The notes beneath the pieces are model-generated. The model searched no databases. It saw nothing but the letters and a program-made list of their open reading frames with translations, and had not been told where the DNA came from. Below are positions 10,741-23,224 of a stretch of DNA of 64,000 bases, piece after piece. Each line of letters begins with the position of its first letter. The stretch's first letter is position 1. The position numbers and the translations under genes are program-made. This DNA is from Octopus sinensis (taxonomy: Eukaryota): positions 67,828,001 through 67,892,000 of the forward strand of contig NC_043006.1 in NCBI RefSeq assembly GCF_006345805.1, given 5' to 3'.

Positions 10741-11774
10741 TGAAAAGGTCTGCAGAAAATATCTTTTCGTCAAATTATTTTTTCTATCAAAATCGGTTTC
10801 ATGAACAGAATACAATTTGTAGAATATAATATAACAGTACTGACTTTTTAGTGTACCCCAACTCCGATTTTGTTTCCTCATAACTTTCAGAAAGGTGAAT
10901 ATTTTTAATGAAATTCTCTATATGTATGTTTTAGATCAAAGGTTCTCAACCCATTTTGGCCCCTTTGACCCTTGGAGTCACAAATGGTCACCCAACAAAA
11001 TATTTTGGATCTTTTCGGTTTGAACAGCAGTTTTTCTAGCGGTGTCATATGAAACTGTCACCCATAATTATGACCCTAGTATCGATCTATTGCATTTCAA
11101 TCTGTTTTAGGGTTAGGGTGGGGGTAAGGGAATCTTTTTTTCTTCAGAAATGTAGTACGTTGTTTTACATATGCGCTTGTACGCAATAGGAAGTACAAAT
11201 GTACAAATGCTAAAAAACGAAATAATAAATGGTCTTATGAATGAAAGTTTGGTAATTGCATTTATTTCCACCTCGCAACACTTATGGGATCAACGTGTCG
11301 TCTATCGAAAGAATGCTCTTTGGTACAAGTAAATGCCAATGAAATCATTTCAAACCTTTCCGATTTCCATTATCAAACTGGCTAGAATTTGTGCCCCAAT
11401 CTGACATATAAGTTAATGTCACCCGGGAAGAAGTTTTTTTTTATGCCCTAGAAATAGAGTGTATTTGATAGAAATTGTTGAAATAGATATGTACTTCAGA
11501 TAAGTAGCAAATTGTAGAGAATGGTATTCACTGTACTTGGATCTAGTTAGTTTGAGTCACAAAATCTACACAATATCTGAAAAACTGTCATGTTAAATTT
11601 TCATTTCTTATTCATTTGAACCAAAGAATTTATTGAGAAAAAAATTTGACGAAAAAGTTACAGATGTTTAAAAACCGAAACACTGTCTATTTTTAGGCAA
11701 TAATAAACTTTCATTTCAGCGAATGGTATCAACTTAAAGGTTGTACCCTCTGTGACCTGTTCATTGTAAGTTTC

Positions 11775-12305
11775 TAGGATAGAATGCCACCTCCCACGCT
11801 AACCCTTTAATCCGGCATTTTGGACAAAATGCCTCCCCACGCCAACCCTATAATTCGGCATTTAGAATAGAATGCCTCCGATCACGCCAACCCTTTAATC
11901 CAGCATTTATGATGGAGTGCCTCCCATAACGGTAAATCTTTAATCCGGCATATAGTGTCTCCCTCACGCCAACCTTTTAATCCGGCATTCAGGAAAGAAT
12001 GCCTATTCCTCCACGCTGACCATTTAATTCGGCATTTAGGATAGAATGCCTCACCCAATGTCACCCTTTAATCCAGCATTTGGGATAGAATGCCCCACCC
12101 ACTTCACCCTTTAATTCGGCATTTAGGATGGAATGCCTCCCCCAACACCAGCCCTTTAATCCAGCATTTAGAATAGAATGCCTCCCCAAAGCCAACTTTT
12201 TAATCCAGCATTTAGGATAGACTACCTCTACCCCACACCAACCATTTAATCCAACATTTAGAATAGAATACCCCACGTCAAACCTTTAATCCAGCATTTA
12301 GGATT
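11775..12305. repeat. Minisatellite, about 12 units of ~40-46 bp
   Basis: Unit about tagaatgcctccccacgccaaccctttaatccggcatttagga, with internal AATGCC/GGCATT inverted pair. Confidence 0.9.
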
Positions 12306-12421
12306 ATGTTCTTAGAGCACCCCGCGAATGGTGAAAAATCATGAATATTGGACGCGGTCCATAAAAATGCCTATAAATGTCAAAAATAATGTAAAGTATT
12401 ATGAATATGTATGTATGTATA

Positions 12422-13230
12422 CAGTAGCGAGCAAAAAAAAAGAGAACGATTAATATATTTTTAAATGTCGGAAAAGCTAGTGAACGTACAAATTCGTTAT
12501 TGGTTTCATAAACACAGTTAACCATTAGCTAAATTCTCTGAAAAATCTAAGTTTGCACAATGATCTTGTTAAAGTTAATAACACTAACACTAGTTTCGTC
12601 CAAATGCTTCAATTAACTCAAGACCATAATAATGATTGAAAGAAATGTAAATATGAACTTAAAACAGTTAGTAGGATATTTGTAGACCTTTGTTGGAGAT
12701 CACCTCTGCACATCGATTGCTACAGGACATAACAAGTTTCCTGCACAAGTCAGGTGTTACTTTCTTCCATTCCTCTTCTAAAATCTCCCATAAATTCGTC
12801 GTAGTAGTTGGTGCCCTTTGTGTTACTTTGTCTCCAAGTATTTTCCAAAGGTTTTCAATTGGATTTAAGTATGTACTTTGTGCTGACCTCTTCATTGCTT
12901 GGATTTTTTGTTCACTAAAGAATCTAGTGACACGCTTTGCATGAAAATACACGGTTGATTCAGAAATGCTCGTAATGATGGGATCATATGCTGTTTAAAC
13001 CAAATTCAAAAAATATTAGCATTAAAAGTCCCTTTAATCTGCAATAGAGTGTCAACTCCTTCAGAAGAAATCATTCCCAACATCATGACACTTCCTCTTC
13101 CAAACTTGGCAGATTTCTTCAAGCATTTGAATTTTAGTCGATCTCCTGTGAAGCACTTAACATGCTCTCTACCATCTGAACCTACTAAATTCGATTTGCT
13201 TTCATCGCTGTTATAAAAGGTGCCAGCAAA
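12422..13230 (-). mobile_element. Tc1-family transposon remnant (catalytic-domain C-terminus and 3' TIR)
   Basis: LNPIENLW...EEEWKKVTPDLCRKLVMSCSNRCAEVISNKG motif; TA|CAGTAGCGAGC terminus at 12420-12432. Confidence 0.85.
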
Positions 13231-13399
13231 TCACTATTTTTTGTCTTAGGTTCTAGTCCTTCTAAGGACTAACCTCTGACCACAGAGTGACTCAGCCAGT
13301 TCCAGTTCCAGCGACAGACCACCTGCAGCAACTCAACGATGCCTTTCTTCACTGACGCCATCATCATCATCATCAACTTCACTTTGACGCCATCCTCAA

Positions 13400-14050
13400 C
13401 ACCGACTCCTTAGCTTATCGTCGTCTCCATCTCCATTGCCTTTCGGTGTCTTGGATTCTGATCCTTAATTGTTTTATCTACCAAGGTACTGTCAATTTGG
13501 ATAGCTGATCCCTCAGTTGTGTCAACATTTGGTAGACACTCCTCTTCCCATTCATTCTCCACATTCAGTAGTCTTTCATAATGGCATCTCCAAGCACACT
13601 CATTAAAAGCAAGTGCACCATCATCCATGTGGACACATTTCTTTCCTATGACATCACAATTTTCTCTTACACACTGTCTTGCAATCCAAAATACTTCAGT
13701 TCACTGGTTTTCACAGCACTGTACATAGGCAAATTTCTTCTTTTCTGCTTCTCCCTTGGCTAGATATACTAGTCTCTTAGCTTCCTTTCTGGCTATCTGA
13801 TACAGTTCCCTACTGCCCCCACTCTTCCAGGCTTGTCTCTTTGCTCTAATGGCATTGTCTATGGTATTGTTCCACCACCACGTTACCCTGTGTCTGTAAG
13901 GGACTTTGCACCAGCCACAGAGTTGGTCTGTGGCTGTCCCACAGGAATTCCCAGTTGCCCTCCATGTCACAAGTTTGTAGCTGCTCCTCTCTCAATTAGG
14001 ATGTCCCTAAATTTCTGACCATATGAAGGGTCCTTAAACTTCCATCTCTG
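13400..14050 (-). mobile_element. RTE-type LINE fragment (linker between endonuclease and RT)
   Basis: TWWWNNTIDNAIRAKRQAWK...YQIARKEAKRLVYLAKGEAEKKKF, then WRCHYERLLNVENEW. Confidence 0.8.
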
Positions 14051-14560
14051 ACTATATCAAGGGTCCTGAGCAAGATTGAACCTGAAACCATGTGGTTGTG
14101 AAACCAGCTTCTTAATAAAGCCCTGCTCTATTAGAAAACAATATCTGTCCAAATTCACTTGTCCTTCTTTGCCTCTATCCACCAGAATATAGAGTCAAAT
14201 AAGAACAGACTGGATAAAGGGAAGCACACAATCCTAACTCTAACTTGTACAGTGCACTCCACTAGATAAATCACCACTTACAAAACTACAAGATGGTTCA
14301 CAACTTGGCAGAGTCAGACTGATGAAGTTTATCAGAGCTATTTTCAGCTACTACTGATTCATTCTTGCTCTTTCCCCTAAATGTGAGTTGCCATGAGCTC
14401 CTCTACAAGGACCCGCTCAGCTCTACCCCTTTGTCATACCTTAACCCTTATCTCTTAGTATAAAGCTGACTCCCAGCCTACCTCATAGAATTTCACAGTC
14501 GTGCAAACTATATGGTGTCTTCACTTGTACCAGTGGTACAAGAAAAATAACCAAATACAT

Positions 14561-14930
14561 AGGCGTAGGAGTTGCTGTGTCCCGGGTTCAGTCCCACTGC
14601 ATGGCACCTTGGGCAAGTGTGTTCTACTATAGCCTTGGGCTGACCAAAGCCTTGTGAGTGGATTTGGTAGACGGAAACTGAAAGAAGCCCGTCGTATATA
14701 TGTATATATATATATATGTATGTGTATGTCTGCGTTTGTCCTCCCAACATCGCTTGACAACCAAGGCTGGTGTGTTTACATCCCCGTAACTTAGCAGTTC
14801 GGCAAAAGAGACCAATAGAATAAGTACTAGGCTTCCAAAGAATAAGTCCTGGGGTCAATTTGCTCGACTAAATGTGGTGCTCCAGCATGGCCACAATCAA
14901 ATGACTGAAACAAGTAAAAGAGAGTAAAGA
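14561..14930 (+). mobile_element. SINE family A
   Basis: Near full-length copy with a deletion in the head. Confidence 0.85.
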
Positions 14931-15756
14931 GAATACAGGCTATAAAGTGGCTGGAGTTAGAAAGGGCATCCAGCCATAGCTACCATGTCAAAGAAGACAC
15001 TAAAGTACAATGAAGTCCTTAGACTCATTGAATCCAGTCAAACTATCCATCCCATGCCAGCATGCAAAATGGATGTTAAATGATAGTGACAATGATGTTT
15101 CTTCAATCAGTGGGAACAGCTTAACTGATTTCCTTCTCTATTCTTTCTATATTAATCTGCATTAGTCTCATCTATTCTATATGACCTTCTCCTTCTATCA
15201 ACGTTATTGTCACTCATTCAAGTTACCATATTCCAGCTACAAAATATTACATAGACTGGAGAAGTTCTTTATACTGCTTTATATTTACCAAAAATGTATG
15301 GCTGTCCAAACTGAACATTTGCCACACTAATTTCACCCAATTATTCCTATTTCTCAGACTAATTAACAATACAATGAAAACTACACTTCTTTATTTTCAA
15401 GCTAACATTAGCAACATAGATACTCTACAATAAAGTATGTAGAAATTATCAATAATTGTTTTGATAAGTAGAAGAAAGAAGACAGCACAGCTGTTAGAAG
15501 GGGAACTACAGATTGTTGTTATTTTGAGAGAGTTTTCTTGTTGAGCAACATAGCTTTTTTTTTGTTTTTTTTTTGTATAACTTGTAATTGAATCTGTAAC
15601 TGGTCTAAATAATGTGACATATCAAGGCTGAATTTAATAACAAGGGAAATATATAATATAGATCAATAGATTCAGTTAGACCGCATATGTTACATTACAT
15701 TGAGATTTTTATAGATGTGAAAGGTAGCAAATGCTTTCTGGAATCAAGTATTACCC

Positions 15757-16155
15757 TTTTACTTGTTTCAGTCATTTGACTGCGGCCATGCTGGAGCACC
15801 GCCTTTAGTCGAGCAACTTGACCCCGGGACTTATTCTTTGTAAGCCCAGTACTTATTCTATCGGTCTCTTTTTGCCGAACCGCTAAGTGACGGAGACATA
15901 AACACACCAGCATCAGTTGTCAAGCAATGCTAGGGGGACAAACACAGACACACAAACATATACACACACACTTATATATATATACATGTATACGACAGGC
16001 TTCTTTCAGTTTCCGTCTACCAAATCCACTCACAAGGCATTGGTCGGCCCGGGGCTATAGCAGAAGACACTTGCCCAAGATGCCACGCAGTGGGACTGAA
16101 CCCGGAACCATGTGGTTGGTTAGCAAGCTACTTACCACACAGCCACACCTGCGCC
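15757..16155 (-). mobile_element. SINE family A (young, CpG-rich copy)
   Basis: Full-length match to the family. Confidence 0.85.
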
Positions 16156-16659
16156 ACTCCTGGTACATGATTAAATTTTTCAAATAGTTATGTTAACTGA
16201 TGCAAGACTACTGCATTTACTGATATCCAAGTCGGGTTTTTCACCATAATTTGCAGCCCTAAAAAGTAGATCAACTTACAAATCAAAATGACTTTGGAGG
16301 ATCAAAACTCCCATGTGAATGGCAGCAGGATTTGGAAAGATAGTGACCATGTTCAAATGTTTACACTACATTATTTCAAATTTTGCCATAAAGGCATGAC
16401 ACAGAGTACCTTGCAGGCTGGACAAAAGCATTGATGAGATGAATGAGGAAAAAGGATGATATTGATGGGAGAAGACAAGAAACGCCCGCCAATATTTTGC
16501 TTCTCTAAAACATTATTCTTTGTTTTTTTTTTACACAGGGAAAAAAAAAAAAAAACCAGATATTAAACCTCTTACTTCAGTTCTTACAATTAATAGTCCA
16601 TTACAAATTGAGGCGCTGAGCCTCTTACATACAATAAACATTCAGGCACTAAAGCCTCT

Positions 16660-17000
16660 TTATCCTTCCTCTCCGACCACACCGTATGCCTCCCGTAGGC
16701 AATGCTCCATCTCTAGGTCGGGGCCCCAGAAGGCGAACCTAAACTCGTCCTTCAGGAAGGAGTCCATCACCTAAACATATTGACTTCCGATATGACCTCC
16801 ATAGTCACCTGCAGAGACCAATCCAGGTCTTCAGTCCAGGGCATGGGCTCCTCCCTCCAGCCCTCTAGTCTCCTTATTGCCCCTCCCTTATGGAAGAAGA
16901 TCACAAAATCATCTCTCGTTGCTCTGGGAGGGGCCACAGTTTCCTCTGTCGGTGGCACACTTCCCACCGACAAATAATATAAATTCTGCTTTGAAGAATT
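16660..17000 (-). mobile_element. GC-rich degenerate coding fragment, probably of retroelement origin
   Basis: Abrupt GC rise with broken ORFs (RDDFVIFFHKGGAIRRLEGW...; VMDSFLKDEFRFAFWGPDLEMEHCLREAYG); family not recognised. Confidence 0.35.
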
Positions 17001-17184
17001 TATTTCAGTCAAATGGATCAGCCCCAATACTTATTTTTATTTCAAGCCTGGTATTTTGTTGGTCTCTTTTGCCAAACCACTAAGTTACATACATATACAT
17101 GTGTGTGTGTGTGTTGGCTGATCAAAATAGTGCTTTCTTACTCAACATCTAAAACCAACACTATAAAGTAACAGAAAGGCACCA

Positions 17185-17380
17185 AGTTGGCAGATCGTTA
17201 GCACACTGGGCAAAATACTTAGCAGCATTTTTAGGTTCAGCATTCAAAGTCCACCAAGGTCGACTTTGCCCTTCATCCTTTCAGAGTCGATAAAATAGGT
17301 AACAGTTGAGCGCTGGGGTCAATGTAATCAACTTCCCCTTCCCTGAAATTGGTGGCCTTGTCCCAAAATTTGAAACCAAA
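17185..17380 (+). mobile_element. SINE family B
   Basis: gttagcacactgggcaaaatacttagc...gtcgactttgcccttcatcctttc shared with many copies. Confidence 0.75.
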
Positions 17381-18134
17381 ATAAAGTAATGGCCCTTTCT
17401 TTGGTACACACATACACCCGTATCATCTCGTCATCATCATCACCATTTAACGTCCCTTTTTCCATGTTGGCATGGGTTCGACGGTTCTACAGGAACCAAA
17501 GGACCTTATGTCAGAGTTTTGGCTTCACTTCTTCTGCAGGATATCCCTCCAAATACCAATTACGTCAGAGAGTTTTCTGGGTGCATTTTACGTGTCACCA
17601 GCACGAGTGAAGTCACCAAGTACTTGCTTCTACGTTCTTTAACTCCTAAACAATATTGACCTGGTTATATCTGATAAATCCTTAATTCTGCCAGCAACAT
17701 TTTAATTAGAAACACGAGAAAAATAACATCTTTACAATATCTGCTCATTTATTTTAACTACAAATTTGCAGAAAATTAGAGAATAAAACATTTATGGTCG
17801 AGTGCCAAAATTGGCAACAGGAAATCAAGGACAGTTTATGATTCTTATAACTAAAACAACAATATACTATATTTTTGACAATTAAGATAAAAAAGAAAGA
17901 AAAACTTTGATGCACACAGCAGTAATTTACAGGAGACAGTAATTATAAGCTGTTTCTGGAAGCTACTTAAATACCACGATAGAAGTAACAGATGTTATAT
18001 GACTCAACAGGATAAAAATTGAGTTTCTGTTTTTAAATGAAATGCTATGTTTATAGATCTTTAGATTTTTTCTTTTATCTTCTAAGGAATAATTTTTTTT
18101 TAGTAGATCGTGAGCGCGCTATAAACTATGTTTG

Positions 18135-18545
18135 CGAGCTGGCAGAAACGTTAGCACGCCGGGCGAAATGCTTAGCGGTATTTCGCCCGTCGCTACGTTC
18201 TGAATTCAAATTTCGCCGAGGTCGACTTTGCCTTTCATCCTTTCGAGGTCGATAAATTAAGTACCAGTTACGCACTTGGCTCGATGTAATCGACTTAATC
18301 CGTTTGTCTGTTCTTGTTTGTCCCCTCTATGTTTAGCCCCTTGTGGGCAATAAAGAAATAGGTATTTCGTCTGCTGCTACGTTCTGAGTTCAAATTCCGC
18401 CGAGGTCGACTTTGCCTTTCATCCTTTCGGAGTCGATTAAATAAGTACCAGTTACGCACTGGGGTCGATGTAATCGACTTAATCCGTTTGTCTGTCCTTG
18501 TTTGTCCTCTCTGTGTTTAGCCCCTTGCGGGTAGTAAAGAAATAG
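18135..18545 (+). mobile_element. SINE family B, head-to-tail dimer
   Basis: Two CpG-rich copies with ~183-bp period; the second lacks the 5' head. Confidence 0.85.
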
Positions 18546-19063
18546 GTATACGAATTATTTTACCAACAACCAGCAAACGAGCAAAAATCTACGTGGTTAG
18601 CAATACTGGTCATATTCACTTGGATCTCACCCTGTGGTATAAAAAAAGGAAGGACACGTGGAAAAATATATTTCTATATATGCAAAAAAGCTGTATGGTC
18701 ACAGCTGGAATCCTTTGATTACAAATCGGATTCTTCTGAGATTACACAACAATAGCGTGACCAATAACAACAGCCTTTACAAATAAACTTTCGTTTTCAG
18801 TAAGCTTAAAATTTAACACGATAATAATTGAACTAAAATAATACGTACAACCAACGATGAGCATTAATAAACCATTGTTTAATTTTACTTTAGCTGTATG
18901 AATTGAGTGTTTCATTTTGCCGTCTTTCAGCCAAGCAGACATAACAGTGTCATATCAAATTATATTAAACCTAAAATATTTTCTTTTATGTATTAATTTA
19001 AAATCGATAAATTGGTATTGTTTAAAAAAAAAAGAGATAGGATGGTTTGGAGGGGACGGGTGG

Positions 19064-19153
19064 AAGTCTTACTGTTGTTGTTTTGCTCTGAGAAAGTCTT
19101 ACTGTTGTTGTTTTGCTCTGAGAAAGTCTTACTGTTGTTGTTTTGCTCTGAGA
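19064..19153. repeat. 30-bp tandem triplication
   Basis: aagtcttactgttgttgttttgctctgaga x3, perfect. Confidence 0.95.
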
Positions 19154-19203
19154 GAAATCAATTAATTGAAGGGAAACGTTCTGCGAAGTTTGATAAATAT
19201 AAT

Positions 19204-19690
19204 GGAGAAGGGCTAAGGACACTGCTGTCAATCTTTATTTTAGTTGCCTTAAAAAAATATGTAATAATGACGTTTAATAACCTCTTTTGTTAAAGCTTAC
19301 TCAAGATAGCCAAGTTTTTCGGACATTTCTGGCTTGTAAACGTAAAATAGTTGTTGGTTATATCTTCAGGCGGTACTTTTTAATTCGATACCGTCTTAAT
19401 ACAGAAACAATATCTCTTTGTTCAATAACGAGTTTCACTTAATAGTAAATACTAGATGGACCACTCAATGGACAATGTCATCACCTCTGAAATTTAGCAT
19501 AGGCGTAGATTTGGGGCAAAAACTCGATTCCAACAGAAGGATTAAAATGAAAGAAAACGAAGCCAGAAATGTCCGAAAAACTTGGCTATCTTGAGTAAGC
19601 TTTAACAAAAGAGGTTATTAAACGTCATTATTACATATTTTTTAAGGCAACTAAAATAAAGACTGACAGCAGTGTCCTTAGCCCTTCTCC
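19204..19690. repeat. Long inverted repeat (132/131-bp arms, 224-bp spacer)
   Basis: 19204-19335 vs 19560-19690 differ by one substitution and one homopolymer indel. Confidence 0.95.
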
Positions 19691-19739
19691 TGCGAAGATA
19701 TTGTGATGTCCTGGATTTAAAAAGTAAGGCTCGTTTCTA

Positions 19740-21066
19740 AGTTGCAGGGGATACAAGTGCTGAATTTGTATCTGGAGATGGACGAGCCAGACCAAGTTGA
19801 GTAGATGGAGAAGCAGCTATAAGATATGTACATGGAGAGTGTGTTGAAGGCATACAGAAGGTGGGAGAGGGGAGGATGGTGATGTTGCGGGAAATCCTAG
19901 AGAGGACGAGAGTGGAAGACCTAGTCAGGGGGAACTGGTATGTGCCCAAGACGGAATGCGGGACCATCTGGTGTGATGCTAGTAGTATAGCGATAGAGGT
20001 TTTGTTGGAGATTGAAGGTGCTGGCTTCGGAAATCAGACGACTTTAACCACATCACTGTCACCGAATTAGACGCAGTGCTGAAGGGGGTGAACCTGGCCC
20101 TGAAATGGGGGCTGCGCTTGACCGAAATCCAAATGGATTTGGCCACTGTGCTTGGCTGGGTACGATTAGTGATCACCGGTGAGAGGAGAGTTCGGACGAG
20201 AGGTGCCGGAGAGATGTTGGTGAAGCGCTGTCTAGGAGTTCTAAGAGATTTGATTGCCGAGTTCGGACTGAAGCTGAACACGTGGTTTTCATGCCTTCGG
20301 AGAGAAACAGGGCAGACGCATTGACCAGGGTGAAAAGGGTATGGTTGGAGGAACCGGGGGAGGCAAAGAAAGGGATAGCTGCAGCGTGTCAATTGGATGA
20401 CTCCGAACTGAAAAGACTACACACTATGCATCACTTGGGTGTGAACATGACCCTGTATCTCGTGAAGGTGATTGATGCTGATGTCACTAGGAGAAGCATC
20501 CGGAAAGTGGTCGGGAGCTGCAACAGGTGTCAGTCCATTGATTCTGCTCCGTGTGGGCATGACAAGGAAACCTTTCAGTGGAGCACAACTGGAAGAGGTT
20601 AGCTGTGGATGTGACACACTACCATCAGGGAATGTATCTCCCCATGGTCGACTGCAGGCCGGGCTGGATGGCCATTTGGAGGGAGTTGAGGACAAGCATT
20701 GCTGACAAGATTTTGAATGGGATATTCTTAGAGAGGGGTCCTGTGGAAGAACTGATAATGGACAACAGGGCGGCGTTTCGTTCAGAAGCGTTGAGGGATA
20801 TGCTCGACCGGTGGAAAGTGTGCCGCTTGTTCAGAGCAGCGTATAGGCCAAGCAGTAACGGAATCGTAGAGAGGCACCATCGGACAGTCAAGGCCATAGT
20901 GGAAAGAGGGCATATTTCACTGCTAGAAGCAGTTTTCTGGTATAACATGTCTCCCCGATCCGGACAAGCTGAAAAGTCTGTGACACACAGAGTGCTATTT
21001 AAATACGAAAGGCGGCATCCCAGTAAAACGCTGGAGTGCCACGAGGAAGAGAAGGGACCCAAAATG
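19740..21066 (+). mobile_element. Ty3/gypsy LTR retrotransposon pol remnant (RNase H, integrase)
   Basis: WCDASSIA (RNase H); HHCC motif HTMHHLG...CNRC; integrase core LAVDVTH...MDNRAAF...NGIVERHHRTVK; frameshifted, no LTRs seen. Confidence 0.9.
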
Positions 21067-21089
21067 TAAAATTCCGCAAGAACTTTGAC

Positions 21090-21311
21090 AACCTAGTAGT
21101 CAATAATGGCGGCAAGTTTTACACCATCTGAAAAGTCATTAGTTGAACTATTAGTCCTCTAGCATTCGGGAGGGGGGGTTATCGGAACGTTTGAGTGATA
21201 TTAGACCAAACAAACGCCCAAATCTTAAATGCATTTGTCTGGGCCACGATCGTGGCCTGTTGACTTGTGCCTGACGGCCATGATCGTGGCTCATCGCGCT
21301 TTATGTGTTAA
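21090..21311 (+). mobile_element. Second copy of the Helitron-associated palindromic terminus
   Basis: Reverse complement of about 5812-6015, with ggccacgatcgtggcc and ggccatgatcgtggc. Confidence 0.6.
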
Positions 21312-21599
21312 TACAATGAAGACAATCTCCAACCATCTAATCACAGCTGGAAATGTAGTAATAGATGATGATATAGTTGAATGTGTAAACTAATACACCT
21401 GCCTTGGACAAATAATCTGCTTAAAGGGTAAGAATCAGATGCTTTATGTTGGATACTTTTGTATGTATTTTGGGCAACAAACCAATTATATTAAGTTTAT
21501 ATGTTGATTGAATACATGTACTATCTTACCTTATAGTTACTTTCATCAGATCATATGACTTTCGACCATTGCTCACTGGTCCAATTTGAGTGATTATTG

Positions 21600-22268
21600 G
21601 CCCTCTGAAGACGTTTTTCCATATTCGTTTTAGAAACCCATGGCTTTCAGACCGTACTCTTCAAGCCTTCTTCTAACAGTTCTGGTTGATATTTGTGAAG
21701 TACATGCCTCGTTGAGGTCCGCACAGAGTTCCGACGACGTTTTTCTCCTGTTTCTGAGCGGCTGTTGGATGATGGATCTGTCATTACGCGGTGATGTAAC
21801 CTTTTTTCTACCTGTTCTTTGTATAGTCTTCACGTCTTTTGTCTCTCTGAAGTGCTTGAGAGTCGCTAACACCGCACAGCGAGAACATTTCATCATCTGA
21901 GCAATTTGCCTTTGAGACATTCCATCTTCACGATAAGCTGCGATTTGACCTCGCTCACACTCACTCAACTCCCTTGTTTTAGGCTTTTTACTGTTTATTA
22001 ACTGTATCTACAACGTATTTTAGCATAAAACTCTGAAACAATCAAGGAAACATAAGTTAATTTTGGACGTTGGTCTTACTCAATTAGTTGCATATATACA
22101 ATACAGTATAAAAGCGATAATTGATGCTAAAGGAGGGTCAACTAGGTATTAAAACTAATGTATATTGTGAAATATACCATAATCTACCATGTGCACGAGT
22201 TTCGTTAACATTGAGATAGCAGAACCCCAAAATATTGGGGTGGCCTAATACTTTTGGCCAAGGCTCTG
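21600..22268 (-). mobile_element. Tc1-family transposon remnant (N-terminal HTH and long 5' TIR)
   Basis: ORF 21630-21968 ERGQIAAYREDGMSQRQIA...ISTRTVRRRLEEYGL (paired-like and Tc3-type HTH); terminus CAGAGCCTTGGCCAAAAGTATTAGGCCACC at 22268. Confidence 0.85.
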
Positions 22269-22419
22269 TGTGTGTGTGTAAAAATATATATTATAACATA
22301 GTTTATTGGGGTGTGTAATATTATAGATTAGATATAGCCCGCACATCGATGCATGTTGAATTGAACAGTGGCTATACACTTTTAACCGCTAGAGAAATAC
22401 ATCCGTAAGCATTTAAATT

Positions 22420-22675
22420 ACTTGTGTTGTGCCTGGGGAGAGTCATTTTCTTTTTGTGCCTTATAATTTAACACATTCACCGGTAAAATTTCCACTTATT
22501 TCTTATTTTTATTTTCCTAAAATTTTCGTTGCGTCTTGCAACCTTTTCAATAGTTTTGACTATTGAAAAGACTATTGAAAAGGTTGCAAGACGCAACGAA
22601 AATTTTATTGGTGAGTGTGTTAAATTATAAGACACAAAAAGAAAATCACTCTCCCCAGACACAACAGAATATGCT
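22420..22675. mobile_element. Fold-back MITE (~110-bp imperfect arms)
   Basis: aaaattttcgttgcgtcttgcaaccttttcaatagt pairs with actattgaaaaggttgcaagacgcaacgaaaatttt; the flanks also pair. Confidence 0.7.
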
Positions 22676-23224
22676 TCAACACACGAACTCACATAAAGAA
22701 TCTTGCAAACCAAATCCAAAAACGAAATTTAAATCACTTCATAAATCAATAATTGCGTCCCCTTAACCACAAATACTCATTACTGTCCCATTCCATTATA
22801 TGCGCTAATATAAGCGATATGAGGCCCTTAACACATAATATCCATTATTTGTTATTCTGCTCCAGCGATTAACAGTTTCTTAATGGCCAGCCTTTTGTTT
22901 TTGAAATAGTATTCTCTTACTGTCCAGACCACTCTTATTCCTGACCCGGGGTTATTTCAGGTATACTGCTTACTTATAATAATGAGTAAAATACATACGA
23001 AATCAATAAATAATTTATTATAGTCAGCTGTTTATTATTTAGTTCTATAACTACCGGTATTTTTAATCATATTTCTTACTTTTTATTTTATTTTATTTTT
23101 GATCTAATCAAATTGCTCAAATAGTTATATATTTAACCAACGCCTTCTCCCCGTAAATTGGAATATACCACTAAATATTAAATTATCCCAATTCTATTTC
23201 TAAATTCTAGTCGGTCGAAAGTCT

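Noticed and set aside
11103-11122. Second telomeric-type motif (ttagggttaggg) as a template or interstitial telomere
   Set aside because: It sits within an apparent dispersed repeat, with no pseudoknot-like pairing nearby on the strand that would carry the template.
11775-12305. CRISPR-like array (palindromic repeats with variable middles)
   Set aside because: The variable parts are homologous to each other, the context is eukaryotic and there are no cas genes; it is a minisatellite.
21166-21180. Polypurine tract and 3' LTR of the gypsy element
   Set aside because: The G-rich run lies inside the repeat also found at 5812-6015, no TG...CA LTR follows, and no matching 5' LTR is present.
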